Source of the DNA: Felis catus
Lineage: Eukaryota
Reading direction: 5' to 3'
Assembly: GCF_018350175.1 (NCBI RefSeq)
Contig: NC_058368.1
Coordinates: 217,126,001 to 217,190,000, forward strand
DNA: 64,000 nucleotides
Position numbers and translations under genes: made by a program. Below, piece by piece: positions 11,415-23,954 of this stretch. The notes under the pieces were generated by a model. That model ran no database searches and was not told the origin of the DNA. It was given only the letters and a program-made list of their open reading frames with translations. Numbering within the stretch: position 1 is the stretch's first letter; each line of letters opens with the position of its first letter.

Positions 11415-12128
11415 GTATTAGTTTCCTATGGCAAATTACTATAGCAAGTTACCATAAATTTGTGGTTTAAAACAATACAAATTAATATTTTACATTCTGG
11501 AATACAGAAGCCCCAAATCAGGGGTGCCTGGGTGGCTCAGCTGGTTGAGTGTCCAACTCCTGATTTTGGCTCAAGTCATGATCTTGCGGTTTGTGGTATT
11601 GACCCCTTCATCAGGCTCTGTGCTGACAGCATAGAGCCTGCTTGACAGTCCTTCTCCCTTCACCCCTCCCCTGCTAACCTGGGCATGCTCATTTTCTCTT
11701 TCTCTCTCAAAATAAATAAATAAACATTTAAAAAAAAGAAGCCCCAAATCAGTTACCTGGGTTAAAATAAAGATGTCTATCAGGTTTGTTTTCTTTCTGG
11801 AGGCTCTAGGGCGATTCTGTTTTCTTGCCTTTGCTGGCTTTCATGTCCTTCCAGAGGATGACTACATTCCTGAGTTCATGACTCTTCTTTCTAAAACTCT
11901 TGCTTCTAGCATCACATTTCCTACTTCTGTATCAGATCTCTCTAAGCCTAGCTTTTATAAAATTACTTGTGATTACAGTTAAGACACAACTAGATAATCT
12001 AGGAAAATCTCACCACCTTTAGACCCTTAATCACATTTCCAAAGTTCCTTTTGCCATATAAGGTAACTTCCATCACTTCCAGAGATTAGGACATGGTATC
12101 TTTGGGGACCATTATTCACTTTATCATG
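11415..12128 (-). mobile_element. MaLR LTR (MLT1), interrupted by a SINE
   Basis: tgtattagtttcctatggc start, ttaatcacatttccaaagttccttttgccatataaggtaac, gattaggacatgg...ggggaccattatt end. Confidence 0.78.
11521..11736 (+). mobile_element. CanSINE inserted in MLT1
   Basis: Perfect TSD agaagccccaaatca (11506-11520, 11737-11751). Confidence 0.93.
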
Positions 12129-12789
12129 TGGAATTTCATTGCAGATCTCACCTGTGAATTTTTGGGTTTTGTAACCTAATTTATACTTTGTCATTTTTAT
12201 GAAAAACTTGTTGGGATTCAAATATGTTCTGACTCACATCTTTATCCATGCATCTTGTTCCTTTCCTATTTATTTAATGGAAATTATTTATAATCTTTCA
12301 ATAAATTACTCCTTTTCTTTGGACAAATGAAATATTTACCTAGCTTAGTTCTGCAATAACTGAAGAAAAAATACTATAGAAATATAAATAATAGAATGGA
12401 CAACTCATTTCATAAACTATTTTCCTTTTTTTTTAAATAAATATAAGGTTCAGGACCTCATATCTTGAAAGGGAAAATTTGGTTAATTTGTTTTATACAC
12501 ATTTATAAATATCAGGATAAGTCCAAAAGTATTACGTATCAGTAGATAATAATAATAATGATAATAATAATAGTAAAAGTAATTATTATTTAGTTTATAT
12601 ATTCTCAACATCAATACAACTTTAACTTTAGGTTATTATTATCCCAACAACTAAGGCTAATAAACCTTATTTTTACATTGTTCATAATAACAAATGTTTT
12701 TTTCTCTATATCTGTAGACAATATCATTTGCCTAAGTGCTGCAAAATAATTTTGTCAGAGAATTTTTTAACACCTCCAAATTTGGTAAT

Positions 12790-13330
12790 TTTATGTAGGA
12801 AACGTTTAATATTTAATAGCCCAACTGCCCAAGGTACAAGATGTGAAGTAACCATGTTTAACAACTGGGGAGAAGAGGTATAAACTATGTAATACATGAT
12901 AAGAAGAATGCACAGTTTCTAATAGAAAACTTGTCTACACATAGTAGTAGCAAAAAGTCATTCAGTCATTTAACTTGCAGCAATGGTATTACAGATTTCT
13001 GTATGAATTAGCAAACTTTGACTCTTTTTTTTTAATGATTATTTATTTATTTTGAGAGACGAAGAGAGCATGTGAGAGCGTTTGAGTGAGGGAGTTCTTC
13101 CATCTCAGCCTGTGTCATGACGTTTACAATGTTTTCCACCAGGTCATCAATGTGACTAGTCATGCCATCAATTCTTCCAATGATCTGGTAAGACACTGTC
13201 TGAAATTTATCTTGCATCTGTTGCAGAAGTGTCTGCACCACCAAGGTAAGATCCTGCATAGCCTTGGGGTCAGTCTCTACTACCTTGCCGCTTCTCAGCT
13301 TGGTGGTAATGTCTCAAACCATCTCAAGCT
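12790..13330 (-). pseudogene. HSBP1: Processed pseudogene of heat shock factor binding protein 1; original ATG lost, C-terminal codons replaced by a SINE tail
   Basis: [62 protein letters not shown] matches HSBP1 ([62 protein letters not shown]). Intronless. 5'UTR-like (gagacattaccaccaagctg) and 3'UTR-like (ctactatgtgtagacaag, cttcacatcttg) sequence is present. Outer boundaries approximate. Confidence 0.92.
13025..13091 (-). mobile_element. CanSINE 3' tail fragment inside the HSBP1 retrocopy
   Basis: tttttttttaatgattatttatttattttgagagac...gagc...gagtgaggg is a SINE tail with the head missing. Confidence 0.75.
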
Positions 13331-13489
13331 GAGCGAGGACAGAGACCACTTGTGTGACTGTGGGGTGTGTGGTAACTGTAGTTTGGCTCCCACACAGGAA
13401 GAGTCTGAAGGTCTTACACTCCCCTTTTATGGTTGCTCCTGTTTGTTTTACTTGTTTTTAATAATTATGTTAATTTATTTGTTGTTCAT

Positions 13490-13610
13490 TCCCTGTCTCC
13501 ACCATAAGGCATCATCTCCATCAGGGAAGACTTTGTCCATCTTGCTTTTTGCTCCATTTCCAGTGCCTAATGAGTATTTATTTATCAATAAATGAGTGAA
13601 TGAAGTGAGC
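13490..13610 (+). mobile_element. L2 3' end remnant
   Basis: ctccatcagggaagactttgtc...ccagtgccta...caataaatgagtgaatgaa. Confidence 0.5.
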
Positions 13611-14284
13611 ATTAAGAACATATTGAGAGGTGAGTAACCCCAAAGCTATCCTATGCAGATCATAGTACTGTATTCATTCCATAAATATAAAAAATTCCCA
13701 TGTTTGACCCCAGCATGGGAAACAAAGTGAGGGCAGTGGCGGGGATGAAGCTGGCAGGTTACTTGACCTTACTTTTTTTTTTTCCAGATTAAGTATTTTC
13801 CCCCTTACAAACTTACTACAAAATTATAGCAAGCAAACCATTTTGGCCATTGAACTTTGGGCTCTAAAACAAATCCTAAAACCATTTTACCTTTCAGAGT
13901 AAGGTGATTCGTTTAATACATTGCTTAATAGAAGGTCACAAAGATTTACTATGCTTTCTAAAAGTTAAATAATTTAAGTTCTCACATTTATGTCTATCAG
14001 CCATCAAAATGGATCATTGCATACGATCTGGAGTAAGGGTTCAACTTCATTCTTTTACATAGAATATGTAAATATCCAGTTTTGCTAGCACTATTGGTTT
14101 GAGGCCTTCTTTTACCTATTAAATTGTCTTGACACTTGCATGAAAATCAATAAAGTATAAACTTATGGATTAATTCAATTCTATTTCATTGATACATATT
14201 TCTTATCTATATGCCAACACAACACTCTGTAGATTTGTATTAAGTTTTGAAATTATGAAATGTGCATTATTTGACATTCTTTTT

Positions 14285-14482
14285 TTAAAAATTATTTTAA
14301 TGTTTTTTTTAGAGAGAAAGAGACACAGAGTATGAGTGGGGAAGGGGCAGAGAGAGAGGGAGACACAGATTGAAGTAGGCTCCAGTCTCCGAGAGCTGTC
14401 CGCACATAGTCCGACATGGTGCTTGAACCCATGAACCATGAGATCATGACCTGAGCTGAACAGCCTACTGAGATGGCACCCC
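14285..14482 (-). mobile_element. CanSINE
   Basis: TSD tttgacattcttttt on both sides. Confidence 0.9.
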
Positions 14483-14566
14483 TCTTTGACATTCTTTTTC
14501 ATGAGCGTTTGGCTCTTTGAGGTCTTTTTGCATTTACATGCATGTGAATTTTGAAACTGTCTTGTC

Positions 14567-14787
14567 GGGGCGCCTGGGTGGCGCAGTCGGTTAAGCGTCC
14601 GACTTCAGCCAGGTCACGATCTCGCGGTCCGGGAGTTCGAGCCCGGCGTCAGGCTCTGGGCTGATGGCTCAGAGCCTGGAGCCTGTTTCCGATTCTGTGT
14701 CTCCCTCTCTCTCTGCCCCTCCCCCGTTCATGCTCTGTCTCTCTCTGTCCCAAAAATAAATAAACGTTGAAAAAAAAATTTAAAAGA
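14567..14787 (+). mobile_element. Young felid SINE (SINEC_Fc), CpG-intact
   Basis: Perfect TSD gaaactgtcttgtc (14553-14566, 14788-14801). Near-identical to the copies at 22218 and 59536. Confidence 0.97.
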
Positions 14788-15155
14788 GAAACTGTCTTGT
14801 CAATTTCAACAAGCTAGTCATGTGGATTTTGATAAGAAAAATGTTGAATCTATAGATAAATTTGGGGAGCATTTTCCATCTTAACAATATTCAGACTTTT
14901 TATCCATGAACATGTAATGTCTTTCCATTTAGTTGGGTCTTCTTTAATTTCTTTCAACAATGTTTTATATTTTTCCATGAGGTCTTTCGCTCCTTTTGTT
15001 AAATGTATCGCTAAGTATTTTATTCCTTTATGTGCTATTTAAATGGAATGCTTAATTAATTTCATTTTCAGATTGTTCATCACTACAGTACAGACATTCA
15101 GGTTATTATGTATATTGTCTTGAAAACTTGCTAAACTCATTTAATATTTCCAAAC

Positions 15156-15186
15156 GTGTGTATATGTGTGTGTGTGCATGTGTATG

Positions 15187-15219
<33 letters not shown>

Positions 15220-15228
15220 ACATGTGTG
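15156..15228. repeat. (TG)n microsatellite, imperfect
   Basis: Direct reading of the sequence. Confidence 0.95.
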
Positions 15229-15907
15229 AATTTTTTAGGATTTTCTATACACAAGATTATGTCATCTGCAAATATAAATAGTTGTACTTCTTCATTTCCT
15301 AATGATAAACCTTTATTGATTGATTGCCTAGTTGCCCTGGCTAGACCCTCCAGTGAAACACCAGACAGAAATTGTGAGAGCAGACATCTGATTTCAATAG
15401 AGAATCATCCAATCTTTCACTATTAAATATGATGTTAGTTATGGAATTTTAGTAAATGAGCTTCACCAAGTCAAAGAATTTCTTTTTTCTTCCTAGTTTG
15501 GGTTTTATTATGAAAGATATTGGATTTTGTCAAATGCTTTTGCTACATATATTGAGATAGCCATGCCATTTTTTCTTTATTATATTAATATGGACTATTA
15601 TATCAATTGATCTTCCAGTATTAAAGCAACCTTGAATTCTTGGAATAAATCTCCTATGGCTATAATATATAATTCTTTTTTATATGTTGCTATTTGGGGC
15701 TTGCTAAAACTTTGTTAAGAATTTTTTTGTCTATGGTTGTAAGTTATACTGGTCTATAGTATTTTTTGTGATGTCATTTTCTTGTTTAAATGGTAAGGTA
15801 ATAGTGGCCTCATGGAATGAGCTGGAAAACTCTCCTGCACTAATTTCTTTTCCTTAAATGTTTGGTAGAATTCACATATGAAACCATCTCGACCAGGATT
15901 TTTCTTT

Positions 15908-17864
15908 TTTATATATATATATATATATATATGAAATTTATTGACAAATTGGTTTCCATACAACACCCAGTGCTCATCCCAAAAGGTGCCCTCCTCAATA
16001 CCCATCCCCCACCCTCTCCTCCCTCCCACCCCCATCAACCCTCAGTTTGTTCTCAGTTTTTAACAGTCTCTTATGCTTTGGCTCTCTCCCACTCTAACCT
16101 CTTTTTTTTTTTTCCTTCCCCTCCCCCATGGGTTCCTGTTAAGTTTCTCAGGATCCACATAAGAGTGAAACCATATGATATCTGTCTTTCTCTGTATGGC
16201 TTATTTCACTTAGCATCACACTCTCCAGTTCCATCCACGTTGCTACAAAAGGCCATATTTCATTTTTTCTCATTGCCACGTAATATTCCATTGTGTATAT
16301 AAACCACAATTTCTTTATCCATTCATCAGTTGATGGACATTTAGGCTCTTTCCATAATTTGGCTATTGTTGAGAGTGCTGCTATGAACATTGGGGTCCAA
16401 GTGGCCCTATGCATCAGTACTCCTGTATCCCTTGGATAAATTCCTAGCAGTGCTATTGCTGGGTCATAGTGTAGGTCTATTTTTAATTTTTTGAGGAACC
16501 TCCACACTGCTTTCCAGAGGGGCTGCAACAATTTGCATTCCCACCAACAGTGCAAGAGGGTTCCCGTTTCTCCACATCCTCTCCAGCATCTATAGTCTCC
16601 TGATTTGTTCATTTTGGCCACTCTGACTGGCGTGAGGTGATACCTGAGTGTGGTTTTGATTTGTATTTCCCTGATAAGGAGCGACGCTGAACATCTTTTC
16701 ATGTGCCTGTTGGCCATCCGGATGTCTTCTTTAGAGAAGTGTCTATTCATGTTTTCTGCCCATTTCTTCACTGGGTTATTTGTTTTTCGGGTGTGGAGTT
16801 TGGTGAGCTCTTTATAGATTTTGGATACTAGCCCTTTGTCCGATATGTCATTTGCGAATATCTTTTCCCATTCCGTTGGTTGCCTTTTAGTTTTGTTGGT
16901 TGTTTCCTTTGCTGTGCAGAAGCTTTTTATCTTCATAAGGTCCCAGTAATTCACTTTTGCTTTTAATTCCCTTGCCTTTGGGGATGTGTCGAGTAAGAGA
17001 TTGCTACGGCTGAGGTCAGAGAGGTCTTTTCCTGCTTTCTCCTCTAAGGTTTTGATGGTTTCCTGTCTCACATTTAGGTCCTTTATCCATTTTGAGTTTA
17101 TTTTTGTGAATGGTGTGAGAAAGTGGTCTAGTTTCAACCTTCTGCATGTTGCTGTCCAGTTCTCCCAGCACCATTTGTTAAAGAGGCTGTCTTTTTTCCA
17201 TTGGATGTTCTTTCCTGCTTTGTCAAAGATGAGTTGGCCATACGTTTGTGGGTCTAGTTCTGGGGTTTCTATTCTATTCCATTGGTCTATGTGTCTGTTT
17301 TTGTGCCAATACCATGCTGTCTTGATGATGACAGCTTTGTAGTAGAGGCTAAAGTCTGGGATTGTGATGCCTCCTGCTTTGGTCTTCTTCTTCAAAATTC
17401 CTTTGGCTATTCGGGGCCTTTTGTGGTTCCATATGAATTTTAGGATTGCTTGTTCTAGTTTCGAGAAGAATGCTGGTGCAATTTTGATTGGGATTGCATT
17501 GAATGTGTAGATAGCTTTGGGTAGTATTGACATTTTGACAATATTTATTTTTCCAATCCATGAGCAGGGAATGTCTTTCCATTTCTTTAAATCTTCTTCA
17601 ATTTCCTTCATAAGCTTTCTATAGTTTTCAGCATACAGATCCTTTACATCTTTGGTTAGATTTATTCCTAGGTATTTTATGCTTCTTGGTGCAATTGTGA
17701 ATGGGATCAGTTTCTTTCTTTGTCTTTCTGTTGCTTCATTGTTAGTGTATAAGAATGCAACTGATTTCTGTACATTGATTTTGTATCCTGCAACTTTGCT
17801 GAATTCCTGTATCAGTTCTAGCAGACTTTTGGTGGAGTCTATCGGATTTTCCATGTATAATATC
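15908..17864 (-). mobile_element. Young 5'-truncated L1 (L1_Fc-like) with uninterrupted ORF2 C-terminal 572 aa
   Basis: ORF 16148-17866 covers the RT C-terminus and the Cys-rich domain (CWRGCGE...HCWWEC). 3'UTR G-rich tract and A/(AT)n tail. Perfect 16-bp TSD accaggatttttcttt (15892-15907, 17865-17880). Confidence 0.97.
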
Positions 17865-18009
17865 ACCAGGATTTTTCTTTATGGGAATTTTTAAAATCAT
17901 AAAATAAATATGTGTCCTACTTATAGATCTATTGAGATATTCTATTTCATTTTGAATTGTTTTTGGAAGTTAGTGTCTTTCTAAGAATGTGTCTACTTTA
18001 CCTAGACTA

Positions 18010-18457
18010 CAACAATACCTTGGAAATATCACCTGTTCAAGTCCAGATCACCATAATAAAAGAACTATCTCAATAAAGTGTCAAGTAAATTGTTAGGTTT
18101 CCTAGTGCATGTAAAGGTTTATTTACACTATACTGTATTCTATTAGGTGTACAATAGCATTATGTCTAAAAGAATATATATACTTTAATTAAAAATACTT
18201 TATTGCTAAAAAATAGTAGCACTTATCTGAACTTTCACGGAGTCATGATCACTGATCACAGATAACCATAACACAGAAAAAATAATGAAAAAGTTTGGAA
18301 TATTGCAAGAATAGCCAAAGTATGTCACAGAGACACAAAATGAGCAAATGCTTTTGGAAAAATGGCATCTATAGACTTGCTCCAAACTTCAGTTTGTAGA
18401 AAACTCAGTATCTGCAAAGTGCAAAAAAAGTGAAGTGCAATAAAGTGAGGTGTGTGT
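18010..18457 (+). mobile_element. Tigger2a-like TcMar DNA transposon
   Basis: ataccttggaaatatc...ccagatcaccataataaa, tttacactatactgta...atagcattatgtctaaaa, gcaataaagtgaggtgtg end. Confidence 0.8.
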
Positions 18458-20594
18458 GCATCTAATTTCATTGCATAAAATTTTCGTTGTGTTCTCTTAT
18501 ATTCCTTTTTATTTCAATGAGATCAGTAATGATATCACCTCTTTGATTCCTGATTTAAGTATTTGATATTTTTTTCTTTTGTGTTATTTTTTTTCACCAC
18601 TATGGATTTTCTACTGGTTATTTCTTTAAATGAAGATACAATTCTCTCTACTGATGACATTAAAATAACTAATCCCATTTAGCACCGGCACTAACCAGGA
18701 GGAATTATATAGGCCACAGCACTGAGCAGTAGTTTAGAAGTCCCTTGCTATGCCAGATGTTAATCTTCTGTTTCTGAACCATGGAGAGGTCCAAGGATAC
18801 TCAGAAGAGGTTGGGAAGCAATCCAGGCACTTGGAGAAGCAGTTAGTACCATCTGGTACAAAAGTTTTTCAATATTTTAATGACTGGTACAGCTGTATTT
18901 GCACTCACCTACTGAATAGCAGTCTTATTTATAATTCTCAAGACTGTTTCTTGATGCAGCTTTCTTTTTGTTGTGAGTCCTGGAATTGGGTAGTAGTAAT
19001 GCTTAGATAATTCTACCAATATAATAAAATACCCCTGAATTTCATACTTTAAAAGGGAGGATTCTACAGTGTATAAATTATATTTCAATAAAACTATCAT
19101 AAAATGTGTTAAAATAAAAATCAATGAAATTTCCATGAGTTCCAAATTGAGAATATTAATAATTAGTATGAACTTAGATCATTTTGGTTTGAAAGGTGGC
19201 CTATAATTTCTAGGTTCATAATTAGATTTTTCTGTTTCTCAAAGAGGTAAAGGTAAAAATAATTTAAACATTAAGTATTATTTTAAATGTCTCAAAACTC
19301 TTTTTGCAACATTTTAGTATATGAATGTACTTTTAAACTCTACACTATGCGTTTGGTTTGACTCCATAAAAACTATAGAGGTCTTGGCAGTAAATTATGT
19401 TTAAGAAGCTCTAAGGTGTCTTCCAGAACTGTGAATGATTTACTTATAAAAGGATGACATTTAACTATGCACCTTTTGAGGGTCCCTGGAGTAAAATGAA
19501 ACACTGTGTTCTTTGTTGATCTTATTTGGTACCCCTGTGGAGATTAGTGAAAAATTATTATCTTTCTTGACTTAAAGAGCTATTTCTTATGTTAATGGTA
19601 AAGTGAAAGTAACATACCTCATATGGGATATAAAAAAATGTTAAGTTTTTTTTTTTTTTACCCTCAAGGAATTATAGTCAGTCATAAACTAGGTAAAAAG
19701 GATGAGATCATTACTTAGGTTGGAACCATTTCAAATAAAAGAAGACATGAAACTTGCATATGTCAAGATTTTTGAAAAGTTAACATTAAACCACACACTT
19801 TAAAAAAGTATTTTTAAGAAGTCAATTTAATCTTATTCAAGTAAAAATGCATAAAAGCTGAATAATTTCCCATATTTGTCCTGGTGAGTAGAAATAGAAA
19901 AATCATAAAAATATTACGTTATAATACCATTATATTTAAAAGCATGACACATATATGACTTGACTATTAATTAAATTAAATTATAAATAGTAGGTGAATT
20001 CCTAAATTTTAAACTTTAAATCATTTGAGTGTAATTCTAAGTTATCGAGTGATAACTTAGTACCATATTAATAATTTGTCACTCTTTTATTTATAACAAT
20101 AAATCAGAGGACTATTCCAATACTGATGTTTACTTTTTTCCTGTAGATCTTAAAGCAGAATTCCATAGAATCAGTATTATCTTATCATCTTCATTATCGT
20201 CATCATCACTAATTTTATTAATCCCTATATGTACAATTATATGTGATTTACTGGAGTATCATCTGATATGATCCTTGAAACCTTATATAGTGACTTGTCT
20301 CTTCACCATTTAACTTTCTTTAAACCAAGTGTCCTTCTTATTTAAAAATTAATGGTCTGGAAAGAAAATCAGAAACTCTGGATTTCAATTCAAGCTCTCA
20401 CTTTCTCTAGTGTAATGGCACAGTGCCATCAGCCTATCATGTACAAATGCATGTATAACACTAAGTATTTTGTAAATTTCCTTCAGTCCATAAATTTTGA
20501 CTATGTATCTCATTTCCTACAAAAACATTTCCAATATATTGACTCCTACAATCCAACTGACTTGTCACATAACATATTAGATAAGCTGCTAAAG

Positions 20595-21024
20595 TGTCAT
20601 AGACAAAACTAAGTCTGAGACAAAATTAACGAAGGTATTTTATTCATAAACTTGCAGGGAGAGAAGCTACCTAAATCACTTCGGTTTCAGCAGTATTCAA
20701 AGGTGTTAGAAAGGAGAGTTGATTTTAAAGAATAAGAAGAGGAAACGCTGAGACAGTTTCTGGCAAGTGTTCTAGGAGTTATTTGCAAGTGGAGGAGAAT
20801 TTCTAATTAGTATTCAGATACATTTAGCAGTCATTGGTTGGCTTTAAGAGGGCAAATTTGTTGGCATTTCAAAAGCGAGAAGAGTGTTAAATGCTAGGGC
20901 CCCAGCATTTTCTGTGACTCGTCATTTCTTGGAATAAATGGTGATGAATGTGTGTTTGTTGTGGTCAGACTGTAATAATGGTCCTTGAGGGGAGGAGGCT
21001 ACCATGACAGGGAATTTCTCAACA
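20595..21024 (-). mobile_element. Old solo LTR (ERVL-like)
   Basis: TG...CA ends, near-TSD taaag/gaaag, tttatt near the left end. Family not recognised. Confidence 0.45.
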
Positions 21025-21094
21025 GAAAGATTTTGACTACAGATTTATAAAATCAGAATCATGAATAGGGCAATTAATTTAATGTCTCATACTT

Positions 21095-21308
21095 TTTTAA
21101 GTGTTTATTTACTTTTGAGAGGGAGAGAGAAAGAGAGAGACAGAGAGAGAGAGAGGAGGGACAGAGAGCAAGGGAGACAGAGGATCCAAAGCAGGTTCTG
21201 CCCCCAGAGAACTTAAAGCCCGATATGGGGCTGGAACTGAGGAACGCATGAGATCATGACCTGAGTCGAAACCAAGAGTCAGACACTTAATCGACTTAGC
21301 CACCCAGG
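21095..21308 (-). mobile_element. CanSINE
   Basis: TSD ctcatactt (21086-21094, 21309-21317). Confidence 0.92.
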
Positions 21309-22001
21309 CTCATACTTAAAGTACATATAAAAATTAAATTAGCAGAGGATAGTTTTAAAATTAAAAAAATAAATAAACAAACTGAATTCCAGAATACCTG
21401 GGACATGGGGTGAATTACATTGGGAAAATAGAAAGTTCTAATTTTTACCCACCACATGAATGTAAATCAAGACTATATTTACTACACAAAATATTCTTAG
21501 TGACATTTTTGTATTTGTCATATTTTGTATTTGTCACACGCACTAATGATTTTTGGTTTAAATTCATAGACTGTTTGCTCATTGGTTAATTTGGTTTATT
21601 TTTCCTTGCTTTAACCTTTTCTAAATATAATTCAGATTTCACCTTTAATCTCCATAAATGATAAGTGAATTTTCTGTATAAAATATTGTTTTCTATTTTT
21701 TTAATAAAACAACTTAGAACTATTTTTTCTGGTATTGTCATTGCTTTAAAACCTTTACATCATACTTTAACATTTAGTGTATGTGTAACGCATGAGCACG
21801 TGAATCTACAGCTAAACCCACGAAGAAAACACCCATGATCGAGCAGTGACTCGCCAGTATCATTTCTCTTTTCTTCCATCTGACTTTCACTAGGCTTTTT
21901 ACAACATCACCCATAGAAATTTAAAAAAATTTCATGGATACATATTTAAGAATATAGTGAATATTCATTTTCATTGGTGTCTTAAAAAGCTCAAATAAAC
22001 A

Positions 22002-22217
22002 GGGGCACCTGGGTGGCTCAGTTGGTTGAGTGACTGACTTTGGTTCAGGTCATGATCTCATGGTTTGTGATTTTGAGCCCTGCATCGGGCTCTGTGCTGG
22101 CAGCTCAGAGCCTGGAGCCTGCTTGGGATTTTGTGTCTCCCTCTCTCTCTGCCCCTCCCATGCTCATGCTCTGTTTCTCTCTCAGAAATAAATAAACATT
22201 AAAAAAAATTAAAAAAT
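22002..22217 (+). mobile_element. CanSINE
   Basis: Full head-to-tail SINE. Confidence 0.93.
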
Positions 22218-22460
22218 GGGGCGCCTGGGTGGCGCAGTCGGTTAAGCGTCCGACTTCAGCCAGGTCACGATCTTGCGGTCTGTGAGTTCGAGCCCCGCGT
22301 CAGGCTCTGGGCTGATGGCTCGGAGCCTGGAGCCTGTTTCAGATTCTGTGTCTCCCTCTCTCTGCCCCTCCCCCGTTCATGCTCTGTCTCTCTCTGTCCC
22401 AAAAATAAATAAACGTTGAAAAAAAAAATTTTTTTTTAAAAATAAAAAAAATTAAAAAAA
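22218..22460 (+). mobile_element. Young SINEC_Fc inserted in the A-tail of the preceding SINE
   Basis: ggggcgcctgggtggcgcagtcggttaagcgtccgac head with CpGs intact. Confidence 0.95.
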
Positions 22461-23126
22461 ACTCAAACATCATTTGTAAATGTAAGTCTTTAGATGAATG
22501 CAGTTTTTCATGTTTTAAATTAATATTTTGCATTTTTAAGTGTTGTGAAGATGATTTCTTTTTTTGCCTAATTTATTTGTGTAATTTTCACCTTCAAAGG
22601 ATGCACATTCAAGAGACTGTTGTTGGATTAAATCTCAGACTTTTGGGTAAAGCAGATGCCCGTAGGAATAAAATCTTACCAACACATTAATCCATGATGG
22701 CCTAATAGCTATATTGAAACTTTCCTATTTTATAATACAAAATGAATGAAAGGAAAGTGGTCATTTCTATTATTTAGCTTGTTTTCTAGTTGTCAGTATT
22801 ATGGGTAATTATGGATGTAATTTTAGAAAATGAATTGTTAATTCATTTCAAATCTTAATCATAAACTCTCAAAATTGCAACAAAAACTACTAAATGTGGT
22901 TGTTTGAACCGAATAAAACTGCTGACTTGAACTTCACAATTATCCTATCATTGTTTGTAGGAACTTGTATAATGTTCTAACATTATATAATGTTGAAAAT
23001 CTTAAAAAAGAATATTTCAAAGGTCTTCTACATGCATGTCCACCCCAAAAATACGATATTCAAAAATGCTTTTAAACTAAGTTCATATATTTATAATATG
23101 TATGTGAGTATAAAAAATATTTAAAA

Positions 23127-23330
23127 ATTTTTTTTAGTATTTGTTTATTTTGGAGCTAGACAGAGGGTGAGTGGGGGAGGAGCAGAAAGAGGGAGACACA
23201 GAATCCGAAGCAGGCTGGAGGCTCCCAGTTGTCAGCACAGAGACCGACGCGGGGCTCAAACCCACAAACTGTGAGATCATGACCTGAACCACAGTCTGAC
23301 ACTTAACCAACTGAGCCACCCAGGCGCCCC
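23127..23330 (-). mobile_element. CanSINE
   Basis: TSD agtataaaaaatatttaaaa / agtataaaatgtatttaaaa. Confidence 0.92.
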
Positions 23331-23359
23331 AGTATAAAATGTATTTAAAACATTGAAGA

Positions 23360-23593
23360 GGGGTGCCTGGGTGGCTCAATCAACTGAGCAGCCAACTTCA
23401 GCACAGGTCATGATCTCATAGTTCATGAGTTCGAGCCCCATGTGGGGCTATGTGCTGACAGCTTGGATCCCGGATCCTGCTTCAGATCTGTGACTCCCTC
23501 TCTCTCTGCCCCTAACCCACTCGCATTCTGTCTCTCTCTCTCTCAAAAAGTTAATAAACATTAAAAAAACTAAAACAAAACAAAACAAAAAAA
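23360..23593 (+). mobile_element. CanSINE, head-to-head with the previous SINE
   Basis: Full SINE with (AAAAC)-patterned tail. Confidence 0.92.
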
Positions 23594-23954
23594 GCTTACT
23601 GAAGAATTGAATTGTATGGGCTCCTTCACGGATTTCACATTATTTATCTACCTACTATTTCAGATATATGAAACATACAGTTACTATTTTCTTTAAAGTC
23701 CATTATAAATGATATGCATATTTCCAACTTCACATGCAAATTTGGTAAATTAACAGATTTATCATAGAGAATACTATTCATATTGGCAATATTAAATTCA
23801 TATTACACGTTTTATACAGAAGAAATATTTTATATTAGAATATGCTATTTTAAGGGAAAAATCAATCATAAAAAAATTGAAATTACCAACTGGACCAGAA
23901 ATCCTGCATGTGATTGAGAGGCGATATAAACCACAAAATGATAAAAGTTTTGTT

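Larger units (their letters stand above)
14010..18590 (-). mobile_element. Ancient L1M ORF2 remnant hosting two SINEs, a (TG)n, a young L1 and a Tigger2a
   Basis: Degenerate ORF2 motifs (tccatgaacatg, atgtcatctgcaaat, ttgtcaaatgctttt, tttggtagaattcac) that resume after each insertion. Confidence 0.8.

Noticed and set aside
13086..13595. 169-aa plus-strand ORF
   Set aside because: Antisense shadow of the HSBP1 retrocopy running into an L2 remnant; starts at GTG; no recognisable protein.
14567..14650. tRNA gene (A/B boxes)
   Set aside because: It is the tRNA-derived head of a CanSINE, followed by (CT)n, an A-tail and a TSD; the same applies to all other SINE heads.
16148..17866. 572-aa ORF as a host gene or active retrotransposon
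   Set aside because: It is the 3' part of L1 ORF2, lacking promoter, ORF1, endonuclease and the RT catalytic motif.
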